NCBI GenBank assembly: GCA_963575655.1
Contig: CAUYTY010000210.1
Coordinates: 1-24,000 of the forward strand
Origin: Gammaproteobacteria bacterium
GTDB lineage: Bacteria; Pseudomonadota; Gammaproteobacteria; CAIRSR01
Reading direction: 5' to 3'
Length of the DNA stretch: 24,000 nt
The notes beneath the pieces are model-generated. The model saw only the letters and a program-made list of their open reading frames with translations, was not told the DNA's origin and made no database searches. Of this stretch, positions 14,368 through 22,497 are shown one piece after another. Position 1 is the first letter of the stretch. Every line of letters begins with the position of its first letter. The position numbers were made by a program, and so were the translations under genes.

Positions 14368-15246
14368 CAAACGCTGATGGGCCAATTCTGCGTATTGCGC
14401 ATTTAGTTCAATCCCGATGCAATATCTACCCATTTCGTTACAAACTACGCCGGTGGTTCCTGATCCAAAAAATGGGTCTAAGACACGACCATCCTTACGA
14501 GAACCAGCAGCGATACAAATGCGCACGAGCGCTCGCGGATACACCGCAAAGTGGCTACCCGGATACGGCTCAGTAGTAATGTTCCAAACAGTACGACGAT
14601 TCTTCATTTTCTGTTTCGGATCGGAAGCTGGCTCCATGATTGCTTGCCAGTCATAGTAGTACTTCTCCGATTTCGAAAAAAGGAAAAGGTATTCATGGGA
14701 GCGTGTGGGACGATCTTTTACACTCTCCGGCTGACAGTTAGGTTTATTCCATATGATATCTGTACGGAGATACCAACCATCGGCCTGAAGTGCAAAAGCC
14801 AACCTCCACGGGACGCCAATTAAATCTTTTGGTTTTAATCCATCGGGAGTAGGAGCCCTATACTCCATAGCACGACCTTTATTTTTCGCGTCAGCATCTC
14901 GCCAGGTGCGACCGCCAGATGTATAACTATCTCCAATGTTCAACCATAGAGTACCATCATCGGAAAGAGTCCGCCGCGCTTCATGGAATAGACACACAAG
15001 ATCGGAAATATATTCATCGACAGTGATTTCCGCTCCGATCTGACCGACAACGCCATAGTCGCGTAATCCCCAATATGGAGGAGAAGTTACAATGCAATTA
15101 AAATATCCATCAGGTATTTTCGAAAGAAGCTGGCGAGCATCACCAACTTGTATATCACATAAATTTTGCGCATTTTTAGTTAATTGTGCGTCAATCAAAG
15201 GACTCTCTCTGTCAAACAGGTCAAGTGTTTGTGGTGCTTCGTACAT
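14353..15246 (-). CDS. Beta-class amino DNA methyltransferase, probably N4-cytosine-specific
   Basis: Catalytic motif IV TSPPYWGLRDY (aa 54-64) precedes AdoMet motif I DPFFGSGTT (aa 257-265), which is the beta-class order. SPPY rather than DPPY favours an m4C enzyme. Confidence 0.9.
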   Translation of the reverse strand: MYEAPQTLDLFDRESPLIDAQLTKNAQNLCDIQVGDARQLLSKIPDGYFNCIVTSPPYWGLRDYGVVGQIGAEITVDEYISDLVCLFHEARRTLSDDGTLWLNIGDSYTSGGRTWRDADAKNKGRAMEYRAPTPDGLKPKDLIGVPWRLAFALQADGWYLRTDIIWNKPNCQPESVKDRPTRSHEYLFLFSKSEKYYYDWQAIMEPASDPKQKMKNRRTVWNITTEPYPGSHFAVYPRALVRICIAAGSRKDGRVLDPFFGSGTTGVVCNEMGRYCIGIELNAQYAELAHQRLLSGR

Positions 15247-15388
15247 ACTTAATGCCTTGTAAGTTGATGTCTTAGAGCGACAGGTTTTCAGTTCTTAAGC
15301 CGCTACTCATAGTATTCATCCTAAGAATTTTTGTCAATGTTAATAGCATGATTTGCTTGTAGAAGCCTAAATTGATTCGCTGCGGTTA

Positions 15389-16532
15389 CTAACCTGCGCG
15401 TTGGTTAGGGGACAAGCAAGTAAAAATAATCTATTATTAGTCCAACCAAAAAATAAGACATGAAATTGCTAAAATTATGAAAAATTCTGATGGACGTTCT
15501 CTCGATCACTCTACCCTTGAGTATATAAGGCTTCAAGCAGTAAAAGCTGTACGTAAAGGAATGTCTCCTAGGGAGGTGGGCGAGATTTTCGGTATGCACC
15601 GATCGAAGGTGTACGAATGGGTGAAGAAGGCAAAAGAGATGGGTCTAGCTACGTTAAATGCGAAACCTGTCCCTGGAAGAAAATCCTTCATCAATGAACA
15701 GCAAGAAGGAATACTCGTATTCTGGCTGTGCGCATTTACCCCATTGGATTTTGAATTCTCGACAGTCTTATGGACAACTGAAATGATAAAGACATTAATA
15801 GAGAGGAAATTTTCTATTTACATGAGTCGTTCCGCGGTGGGCCGTTTTTTGCGCCGCATTAATTTAACTCCACAACGGCCAGTATATCGTGCGATAGAGA
15901 GGGACCAATTTTCAGTAGATAATTGGATTAACAAAGAGTTTCCTAGAATCAAAGAGTTGGCAAGTAATGAGGGTGCTATAATCTATTTTCTTGATGAGGC
16001 TGGGGCGCGCACCGATTATCACGCGGGTACAACTTGGGGGCTAGAAGGTTTAACTCCCATAATTCCCTCCACTGGTGGACGTTATCGCATAAATATGATC
16101 GCTGCGATAACTTCTGAAGGAAAGATGCATTTCCAAATAGGTCCCTCATCGCTCAATGGTGGTGCGTTTGTTGAATATCTAAAAATTTTGGCTCAAGAGA
16201 ATTCATGCCCCATCTATATTGTAACAGACGGGTATTCTGCCCATCATGCAAAAGTAGTTAAGGAATATCTGGAGACGACAAATGGAAAGGTTAAAATATT
16301 CTTTCTTCCCACCTATTCTCCACACCTTAATCCTGTCGAGCTAGTATGGAGCAATATTAAGACACAAGGAATTGCGCGTCACCTTATTCGTAATGTGGAG
16401 GAGTTAAAAAATAAAGCTACTCAACTTTTAGAGGATTTAAAAAAATCGCCAGAGAAAGTCAGAGAACTTTTTAAAGAAGAATCCGTCCAATATGCTATTT
16501 AGCTGGAGTCCCCTAACCAACGCGCAGGTTAG
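15389..16532 (+). mobile_element. Intact IS630-family insertion sequence (1144 bp) with TA target duplication
   Basis: It has 25-bp perfect terminal inverted repeats: ctaacctgcgcgttggttaggggac (15389-15413) and gtcccctaaccaacgcgcaggttag (16508-16532). TA flanks both ends, at 15387-15388 and 16533-16534. Confidence 0.9.
15477..16502 (+). CDS. IS630-family DDE transposase
   Basis: The 341-aa product has an N-terminal HTH (MSPREVGEIFGMHRSKVYEWV) and DDE-region motifs (IYFLDEAG, VTDGYSAHH, YSPHLNPVELVWSNIK). Confidence 0.9.
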   Translation: MKNSDGRSLDHSTLEYIRLQAVKAVRKGMSPREVGEIFGMHRSKVYEWVKKAKEMGLATLNAKPVPGRKSFINEQQEGILVFWLCAFTPLDFEFSTVLWTTEMIKTLIERKFSIYMSRSAVGRFLRRINLTPQRPVYRAIERDQFSVDNWINKEFPRIKELASNEGAIIYFLDEAGARTDYHAGTTWGLEGLTPIIPSTGGRYRINMIAAITSEGKMHFQIGPSSLNGGAFVEYLKILAQENSCPIYIVTDGYSAHHAKVVKEYLETTNGKVKIFFLPTYSPHLNPVELVWSNIKTQGIARHLIRNVEELKNKATQLLEDLKKSPEKVRELFKEESVQYAI

Positions 16533-16781
16533 TAGTTGAGTCTTAATTTATGCGGGGAGTTTAGCATTACTCTGTAGCTATGTAATTCAATACCAGAGTA
16601 ATAATGTTATTACTAAAGACTCCAGAAATCGGTTGACTTATTTCCAGAGGAAAAACCACCTAGAGATCTGTCCATCGCATAAAATAACCATCAAAGAATT
16701 ACCAACTGATGGACAGAGAATCCGCGGCAACCGCAACCAGCATTTTTATTGTTAAAGAAATGAAACCACGTGGAGACCACA

Positions 16782-18080
16782 ATGGCAGAAAAGACCGTAA
16801 CCGTTACTGACAACCAAACTGGTAAAAGCATAGAATTACCGATAATCTTATCAAGCCATGGCGCCTCGGGGATCGATGTGCGCCAACTGCAGAAGGGCCT
16901 AGGTCTATTAAGTTTTGACCCGGGTTTTATGTCAACCGCGAGTTGTCGAAGCGCCATCACCTATATTGACGGCGATGCTGGACTACTCTGGTATCGGGGT
17001 TACCCCATCGAGCAATTGGCCGAACATTCGAGCTTTATTGAGGTTTGCTATCTGTTACTCTCTGGGGAATTGCCCACCGCCCCCCACCTAGAAAAATTTA
17101 GCTCCCTCATTACCCAGCACACCATGGTCCATGAGGGTATTCTGCAATTCTATCGTGGATTCAGACACGACGCTCACCCCATGGCCGTCCTCCTCGGAGT
17201 AGTAGGGGCACTGTCGGCCTTTCACCCAGACGGAATGAACGTAACCGACCCCGCCAGCCGCATGATTTCGGCCTATCGCCTCATCGGCAAAATGCCGACC
17301 TTAGCGGCAGCGGCCTTTAAGTATTTTCATGGTCAGCCCTTTGTCTACCCAGACAATTCTCTGGGCTATATCGAAAATTTCCTACGCATGATGTTTTCGG
17401 TGCCAGCAGAGCCCTACAAAATTAATCCAGTGATGGTTCGCGCCATGGAGATTATTTTCATCCTCCATGCCGACCACGAACAAAATGCGAGCACCTCGAC
17501 CGTACGTTTAGCAGGTAGCTCGCGGGCCAATCCCTTTGCTGCAATCACTGCTGGTATCAGTTCATTGTGGGGACCCGCCCACGGCGGTGCCAACGAAGCG
17601 GTATTGCACATGCTGGAACAGATTGGCGATGTCAAAAATATCCCTCATTACATCTCTCGCGCAAAAGATCGCAACGACTCTTTCCGTCTCATGGGTTTCG
17701 GTCATCGCGTTTATAAGAGCTACGACCCCCGTGCGCGCATCATCCGCAAATGTTGTTACGACCTCCTCGATGAATTGGGAATCCGCAACAACCCCTTGTT
17801 CAAGACCGCCCTGGAATTAGAACGAATTGCCTTGGAGGATGAGTATTTTGTAAGCCACCAACTCTATCCAAACGTCGATTTCTACTCCGGGGTTATTTTG
17901 AAGGCCCTGAACATTGATATCAGTATGTTTACCGTGATCTTCGCCCTGGCACGCACCGCCGGCTGGATCGCGCAATGGATGGAGATGATGGCCGAATCCG
18001 ACCAGAAAATTGGACGCCCGCGCCAGATCTATATCGGTAAAACCCAACGCGATTATGTACCAATCCATCAACGAGGGTAG
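16782..18080 (+). CDS. gltA: Type II (hexameric) citrate synthase
   Basis: It is colinear with E. coli GltA throughout ([55 protein letters not shown]). ATG 16782 fits the E. coli N-terminus better than the listed GTG at 16770. Confidence 0.95.
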   Translation: MAEKTVTVTDNQTGKSIELPIILSSHGASGIDVRQLQKGLGLLSFDPGFMSTASCRSAITYIDGDAGLLWYRGYPIEQLAEHSSFIEVCYLLLSGELPTAPHLEKFSSLITQHTMVHEGILQFYRGFRHDAHPMAVLLGVVGALSAFHPDGMNVTDPASRMISAYRLIGKMPTLAAAAFKYFHGQPFVYPDNSLGYIENFLRMMFSVPAEPYKINPVMVRAMEIIFILHADHEQNASTSTVRLAGSSRANPFAAITAGISSLWGPAHGGANEAVLHMLEQIGDVKNIPHYISRAKDRNDSFRLMGFGHRVYKSYDPRARIIRKCCYDLLDELGIRNNPLFKTALELERIALEDEYFVSHQLYPNVDFYSGVILKALNIDISMFTVIFALARTAGWIAQWMEMMAESDQKIGRPRQIYIGKTQRDYVPIHQRG

Positions 18081-18145
18081 ATACGTAATTTTCGTGGAAT
18101 CACTCTCGTCCCCTGGTGATTGGTAATCGTGCAATTCATCCGAAT

Positions 18146-18189
18146 GTAATCGTTTCCCCCTCCTACCAATGAAGGGGGTTAACGATTAC
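18146..18189 (+). terminator. Long hairpin downstream of gltA (possible terminator, no U-tract)
   Basis: The structure is gtaatcgtt-t-ccccct [cctaccaatga] aggggg-tt-aacgattac. That is 15 paired bases with small bulges, and it is not followed by a T-run. Confidence 0.3.
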
Positions 18190-18233
18190 CAAGATCCTTA
18201 TCCATTCCTGACCCGATTGAACAGGAACGAAGA

Positions 18234-19448
18234 TTGGATAATCTCCTTGCCCCACCGCTACCCAACTATGCCGAGTTGCGACTAGAGCATAATCATTCGC
18301 CACAACTGTGTGGTAAATCCAAACATCCCCAATATGTAGTACGCTGTAGTGGGCCGTGGACAATCCATGGCATCGATATTATCGGGCGCCGCCTCCCAAC
18401 ATTTTCTCTTGCTCAGCAACAATCATTACTCGTAGATGCCTCAGAGATTACATCTATGGATACCGCTGGGGCTTGGCTATTGGTTAGAGTAGTGACAGTG
18501 CTAGAGCAAGAGGTCAGGAAAAAAGGAAAAAGTACGGACAGTGACGCGGAAAAAGAAACGCAGCTACTCATTATTGGTCTGCACCCAGACCATCAATCTC
18601 TTTTGGATCTGGTTCGACGCCAGCATATCCAAGAGGAGGTGGTAGCGGTAAAAATTAATCTATTGGAACGTCTCGGGCGTTATCTCATCAATCATCTGGA
18701 ACAGGGATACGCATTACTCGTCTTCCTGGGCGAGGTGACCCTGGTAGTAGTACGTATCTTATCCAACCCAAAACGATTACGTTTCAAGGCCATCCTTCAC
18801 GACCTACAGACGGCGGGCGCCGAGGCGTTGCCGATCGTTGGATTAATATCTTTCTTAATGGGAACCGTCATTGCCTACCAGGGCGGGGCACAATTGCGTT
18901 ATTACGGGGCTAATCTTTTCGTGGTAGATCTGGTAGGGGTAACCCTGCTGCGCGAATTAGCCCCACTTCTCACTGCCATCATTGTTGCAGGCCGCACGGG
19001 ATCCGCCTATACGGCCCAAATTGGCACGATGCGCGTAACCGACGAGATCGATGCGCTACGGACCATTGGAATCGATCCCTTGGAACTATTGGTGATCCCT
19101 AAAATCCTTGCCCTGCTATTAGCCCTTCCTTTGCTCACGGCCTATGCCGACATCCTCGGGGTGTTAGGAGGGATGGTGATGGCGCATCTAGTTTTAGGCG
19201 TGGATCCCCATAGCTTCCTGACACGCTTTCCAGAGGCGGTGAGTGTTGTTAATTATTATATCGGTATAGGAAAGGCCCCGGTATTTGCTGCAATCATCGC
19301 AGTAGTGGGTTGTTTCCAGGGGATGCGCGTGGGCGACAGTGCTGAAGCAGTGGGTTATCAAGTGACCATCAGTGTGGTCCAGGCGATTTTTCTAGTGATC
19401 GTAGCCGACGCCATATTCTCCGTGCTCTTTAGCTGGCTCAACCTGTAA
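18234..19448 (+). CDS. MlaE-family ABC permease with an N-terminal STAS-like domain
   Basis: The C-terminal ~260 aa are colinear with MlaE (LLRELAPLLTAIIVAGRTGSAYTAQIGTMRVTDEIDALRT.GIDP). The N-terminal ~120 aa are STAS-like (LLVDASEITSMDTAGAWLLV). The listed start is TTG, so the true start is uncertain. Confidence 0.8.
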   Translation: MDNLLAPPLPNYAELRLEHNHSPQLCGKSKHPQYVVRCSGPWTIHGIDIIGRRLPTFSLAQQQSLLVDASEITSMDTAGAWLLVRVVTVLEQEVRKKGKSTDSDAEKETQLLIIGLHPDHQSLLDLVRRQHIQEEVVAVKINLLERLGRYLINHLEQGYALLVFLGEVTLVVVRILSNPKRLRFKAILHDLQTAGAEALPIVGLISFLMGTVIAYQGGAQLRYYGANLFVVDLVGVTLLRELAPLLTAIIVAGRTGSAYTAQIGTMRVTDEIDALRTIGIDPLELLVIPKILALLLALPLLTAYADILGVLGGMVMAHLVLGVDPHSFLTRFPEAVSVVNYYIGIGKAPVFAAIIAVVGCFQGMRVGDSAEAVGYQVTISVVQAIFLVIVADAIFSVLFSWLNL

Positions 19449-19544
19449 CTCAATCAACCTTGCTACCGACAACCCATTAGGTCGTCATTCCGGCAGGGAT
19501 TACCAGAATGATGGTTGAATTGAACCATAGGTAGCAACTTGAGT
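19448..19544. mobile_element. MITE-like element, copy B (97 bp), TA-flanked
   Basis: The TIRs are actcaatcaaccttgctaccga (left) and taggtagcaacttgagt (right). TA lies at 19446-19447 and 19545-19546. It has the internal hairpin cattc..gaatg. It is homologous to copies A and C. Confidence 0.75.
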
Positions 19545-21811
19545 TATCTATTGGTCATGGCCTTGGCTATCCATTCCTTCAGTGCGATCACAACCCGTGC
19601 CACCACACCCTCCCAATCTCCCGGAGAGGTTTGGCGAAACAGAGACATTACGTGTGGGTACCAGGGAGAATCAACGCGATCTTCCAACCAACGCCAATCG
19701 GTATTGTAATCAGATAACAATAGCCAGCAGGGAATCCCTAGCGCACCCGCCAAATGTGCCACAGCGGTATCGACACAGATGACGAGATCAAGCGAACTGA
19801 GAATAGCAGCACTATCGGAGAAATCACCGATCTCACTACCCAAGTGAATCAGCGGCCCGGGGATCGTATTGACCTCATCCTCGCCTGCCCCTTTTTGCAG
19901 ACTAATCCAGGCAAGATCAGGATTGGATACCGACCATAACGGGGTGAGAAGATTCAGGGACGGAAGAGAGCGATTAATATCGTTTTGGTGAACCGGTTGC
20001 CCTTTCCACACCAGCCCAATACGCAGTGGCGTTTGCGGCAAACGAGTCGCCCAACGCGCGATTTTATCCGGTGCTACGCTTAGATAGGGAATAGTACCCG
20101 GGAGATTATTTAGTGTAGTACCGAAATGCAGCGGCAGACTAAGCAGATAACACCAAAAGTCAAATCCAACTACCATTTCTGGACACCAGTCATCGATACT
20201 GATCACCTGGTCGGCTAGGGATTGCGCCACATATAGTGTTTTGAGCGCCGCCTTGCAGACCAACGTAAGACGCTTCAAACCTCTGCTTCTAAGCATAGGG
20301 AGATAACGTACAAACTGTATTTCGTCGCCAAATCCTTGTTCTGGCCAAATCAGCAGTGATTGATTGGTGAAGGACTCGCCCTGCCATTGTGGTGGACGAG
20401 GGATGTCCCCAGTCGAGGGAGGAAACATTACGACCTCCGTTTTTCCTGGGGCGTAACGTGTCTCAAATTCCGTCCAACCTTCTTGGAGTCGCCCAAGCGT
20501 TAACAGAAGCAAACTAAGATTCCAACGTGCATCAGTGTAATCGGGGTTTATCTCAATAGCACGACGGTAGGCAGCTTCGGCCTCATGCCAACGCTTTTGC
20601 TCTTGCAATAAAACTCCCAGACTGGAGTAGACCTCTGCATAATCGGGTTTCAGTGCAATCGCACGGTGATAAGCAGCAATGGCCTCCTCGGGACGTTTCT
20701 GATCTTTGAGCAGAACACCCAGATTATAATGAGAATTGGCGTAGTCTGGTTTCAATACAAGCGCACGACGGTAAGCACTTTCGGCTTCCACGGGACGTTT
20801 TTGCTTTTGAAGTAGGTTACCTAGATTGTAATGGGCATCGGTGTAATCAGACTTTAGTGCAATGGCACAACGGTAAGCCGCTTCGGCCTCTTCTGAACGC
20901 ATTTGCTCTTGCAGCAAAACCCCCAGATTGGAATAGGCCTCAGCATAATCAGGCTTCACTGCAAGGGCGTTACGATAAGCGGCCTCAGCCTCTATGGAAC
21001 GCTTTTTCTCTTTAAGAAGAATGCCTAGATTGTAATAGGCATTGGCATAGCCGGGTTCTTTCTCGATGGCGTGGTGATACGCAGCCTCGGCCTCATCAAA
21101 ACGTTTTTGCCCTTGCAACAACACTCCTAGATTAGAATACACCTCTGCATGATCGGGCTTCACGACAATAGCATGATGATATGCAGTTTCTGCCTCTTCC
21201 AGACGTTGTTGTTCCTGAAGTAGGTTACCCAGGTTATAATAAGCGTTGGCGTAATCCGGTTTTAGTGCAATAACTCGACGATAGACTGCCTCCGCCTCTT
21301 CGGAACGCTTTTGTTCTTGGAGCAGATTGCCCAGATTGTAATAGGCATCGGTGTAGTCTGATTTCATTATAATGGCATGACGATAAGCAGCTATAGCCTC
21401 TTCGAAACGTTTTTGTTCCTTGAGTAACACCGCCAGGTTATAATAGGCGTTGGCATAGCCTGGTCTCACGGCAATAGCACGACGGTAGGCTGCCTCGGCC
21501 TCTTCGAAACGTTTTTGTTTTCTGAGTAGAATTCCAAGATTGGCGCAGGCCTCCGCGTAATGGGGATGTGCCGCAATGGCGCGACGATAGGCAGCCTCAG
21601 CCGTTGCATCCTCGCCAAGTGTTGCGGAAAACGTGCCGTAATAGTTCAAAAGAACAGCATTATCTGGCTCAATAATCAGCCCTTGTAAAGCGATATCGAG
21701 CGCCGCCCGTGTTTTCCCCTTACCGAAAAGGCTGGCGCTTTCCACAATAAAGTTAACAATAGCGGAGGGCGTCGTGGTATGGGCGCCAGTTTCGGGTACA
21801 GGATTAGGCAT
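19544..21811 (-). CDS. TPR-repeat protein with a C-terminal glycosyltransferase family 9 (heptosyltransferase-like) domain
   Basis: It has about 11-12 consecutive 34-aa TPR units (..AEAAYRRAIA.KPDYA.AYYNLG.LL.EQKR.EE). These are followed by EQGFGDEIQFVRYLP, RIGLVWKG, and DLVICVDTAVAHLAGALGIPCWLLL, which are typical of TPR-GT9 proteins. Confidence 0.85.
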   Translation of the reverse strand: MPNPVPETGAHTTTPSAIVNFIVESASLFGKGKTRAALDIALQGLIIEPDNAVLLNYYGTFSATLGEDATAEAAYRRAIAAHPHYAEACANLGILLRKQKRFEEAEAAYRRAIAVRPGYANAYYNLAVLLKEQKRFEEAIAAYRHAIIMKSDYTDAYYNLGNLLQEQKRSEEAEAVYRRVIALKPDYANAYYNLGNLLQEQQRLEEAETAYHHAIVVKPDHAEVYSNLGVLLQGQKRFDEAEAAYHHAIEKEPGYANAYYNLGILLKEKKRSIEAEAAYRNALAVKPDYAEAYSNLGVLLQEQMRSEEAEAAYRCAIALKSDYTDAHYNLGNLLQKQKRPVEAESAYRRALVLKPDYANSHYNLGVLLKDQKRPEEAIAAYHRAIALKPDYAEVYSSLGVLLQEQKRWHEAEAAYRRAIEINPDYTDARWNLSLLLLTLGRLQEGWTEFETRYAPGKTEVVMFPPSTGDIPRPPQWQGESFTNQSLLIWPEQGFGDEIQFVRYLPMLRSRGLKRLTLVCKAALKTLYVAQSLADQVISIDDWCPEMVVGFDFWCYLLSLPLHFGTTLNNLPGTIPYLSVAPDKIARWATRLPQTPLRIGLVWKGQPVHQNDINRSLPSLNLLTPLWSVSNPDLAWISLQKGAGEDEVNTIPGPLIHLGSEIGDFSDSAAILSSLDLVICVDTAVAHLAGALGIPCWLLLSDYNTDWRWLEDRVDSPWYPHVMSLFRQTSPGDWEGVVARVVIALKEWIAKAMTNR
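20447..21610 (-). repeat. Tandem 102-bp coding repeats (TPR units) inside the TPR-GT9 gene
   Basis: A periodic 34-codon unit is repeated about 11 times. Adjacent units show high similarity at the DNA level as well as the protein level. Confidence 0.8.
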
Positions 21812-21891
21812 AGTCAGATGAGTGGGAGTTTCATATACTACGGACGTAGATCGACTTGCTGTTTTTTATATCTGCGTTCACTGCAATACAA

Positions 21892-22060
21892 TAGACATTA
21901 TCGGAAACCTCACCCCCCGCCCCCCTCTCCTTAACAGGAGAGGGGGAGAATTATTCCGTTGTTATGCTTAACTCCTGAACGGAACAGGCAAAAAATCTCC
22001 CCCTCTCCTGTTAAGGAGAGGGGGGCGGGGGGTGAGGTTTTGGGTTTCCGATAATGTCTA
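21892..22060. repeat. 169-bp near-perfect palindromic, TA-flanked MITE-like element
   Basis: The left arm is 21892-21949 and the right arm is 21996-22060. They are reverse complements apart from a 7-nt insertion (caaaacc) in the right arm. The 46-nt loop has its own ttccgtt/aacggaa stem. Each arm also contains a local 9-bp hairpin (cccctctcc ttaaca ggagagggg). Confidence 0.85.
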
Positions 22061-22497
22061 ATATGCATCTGTTGATCTCTACCCAGATAGCTTGGAAAGG
22101 TATTGTCTTTCCGGGTGTCAAAAACATTCAGATTATGCAACAAGAGTGTGCATGAAACCATTATCTGATTGGAAGTATTACTAACCCAGGATGTCACCGG
22201 GACTGTGCAGCGTAGAGTCTCTGTGATAGCGTGACCCTCGGAATTCCATAGCGCGTCCCCCCCTGCTTCGCCAACCCTCCCCCCTCATCCACCAGTCTGA
22301 GGAAAAACGTGAGGCGTGAAGCGCCAGAAAAACGTCCCGATGCCGTTGTTCCGAATAAAACTCACTGATTTTAAATCCCTTATCGACCCAACGACCGTCC
22401 ATCTTGCGCACTGCTTGATGAGAGGCGTGGGGTACGGTGGCGAACATCTCGAATTTGTCCTAGCCCACCGCGCGGACATCTTTGCCTGGGGCCAACT

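Noticed and set aside
14340-14823. Plus-strand ORFs inside the methyltransferase gene
   Set aside because: They are antisense to a CDS with clear SPPY and FGSGTT motifs.
15405-15599. 64-aa minus-strand ORF at the IS630 left end
   Set aside because: It overlaps the transposase start and TIR region. It is AT-rich and low-complexity, with no support.
16691-16960. 89-aa minus-strand ORF across the gltA start
   Set aside because: It is antisense to the citrate synthase N-terminus and promoter, and has no motifs.
21931-22197. 88-aa minus-strand ORF
   Set aside because: It is largely the translation of the palindromic repeat (..PPAPLSLTGEGE..). That is a repeat artefact, not a gene.
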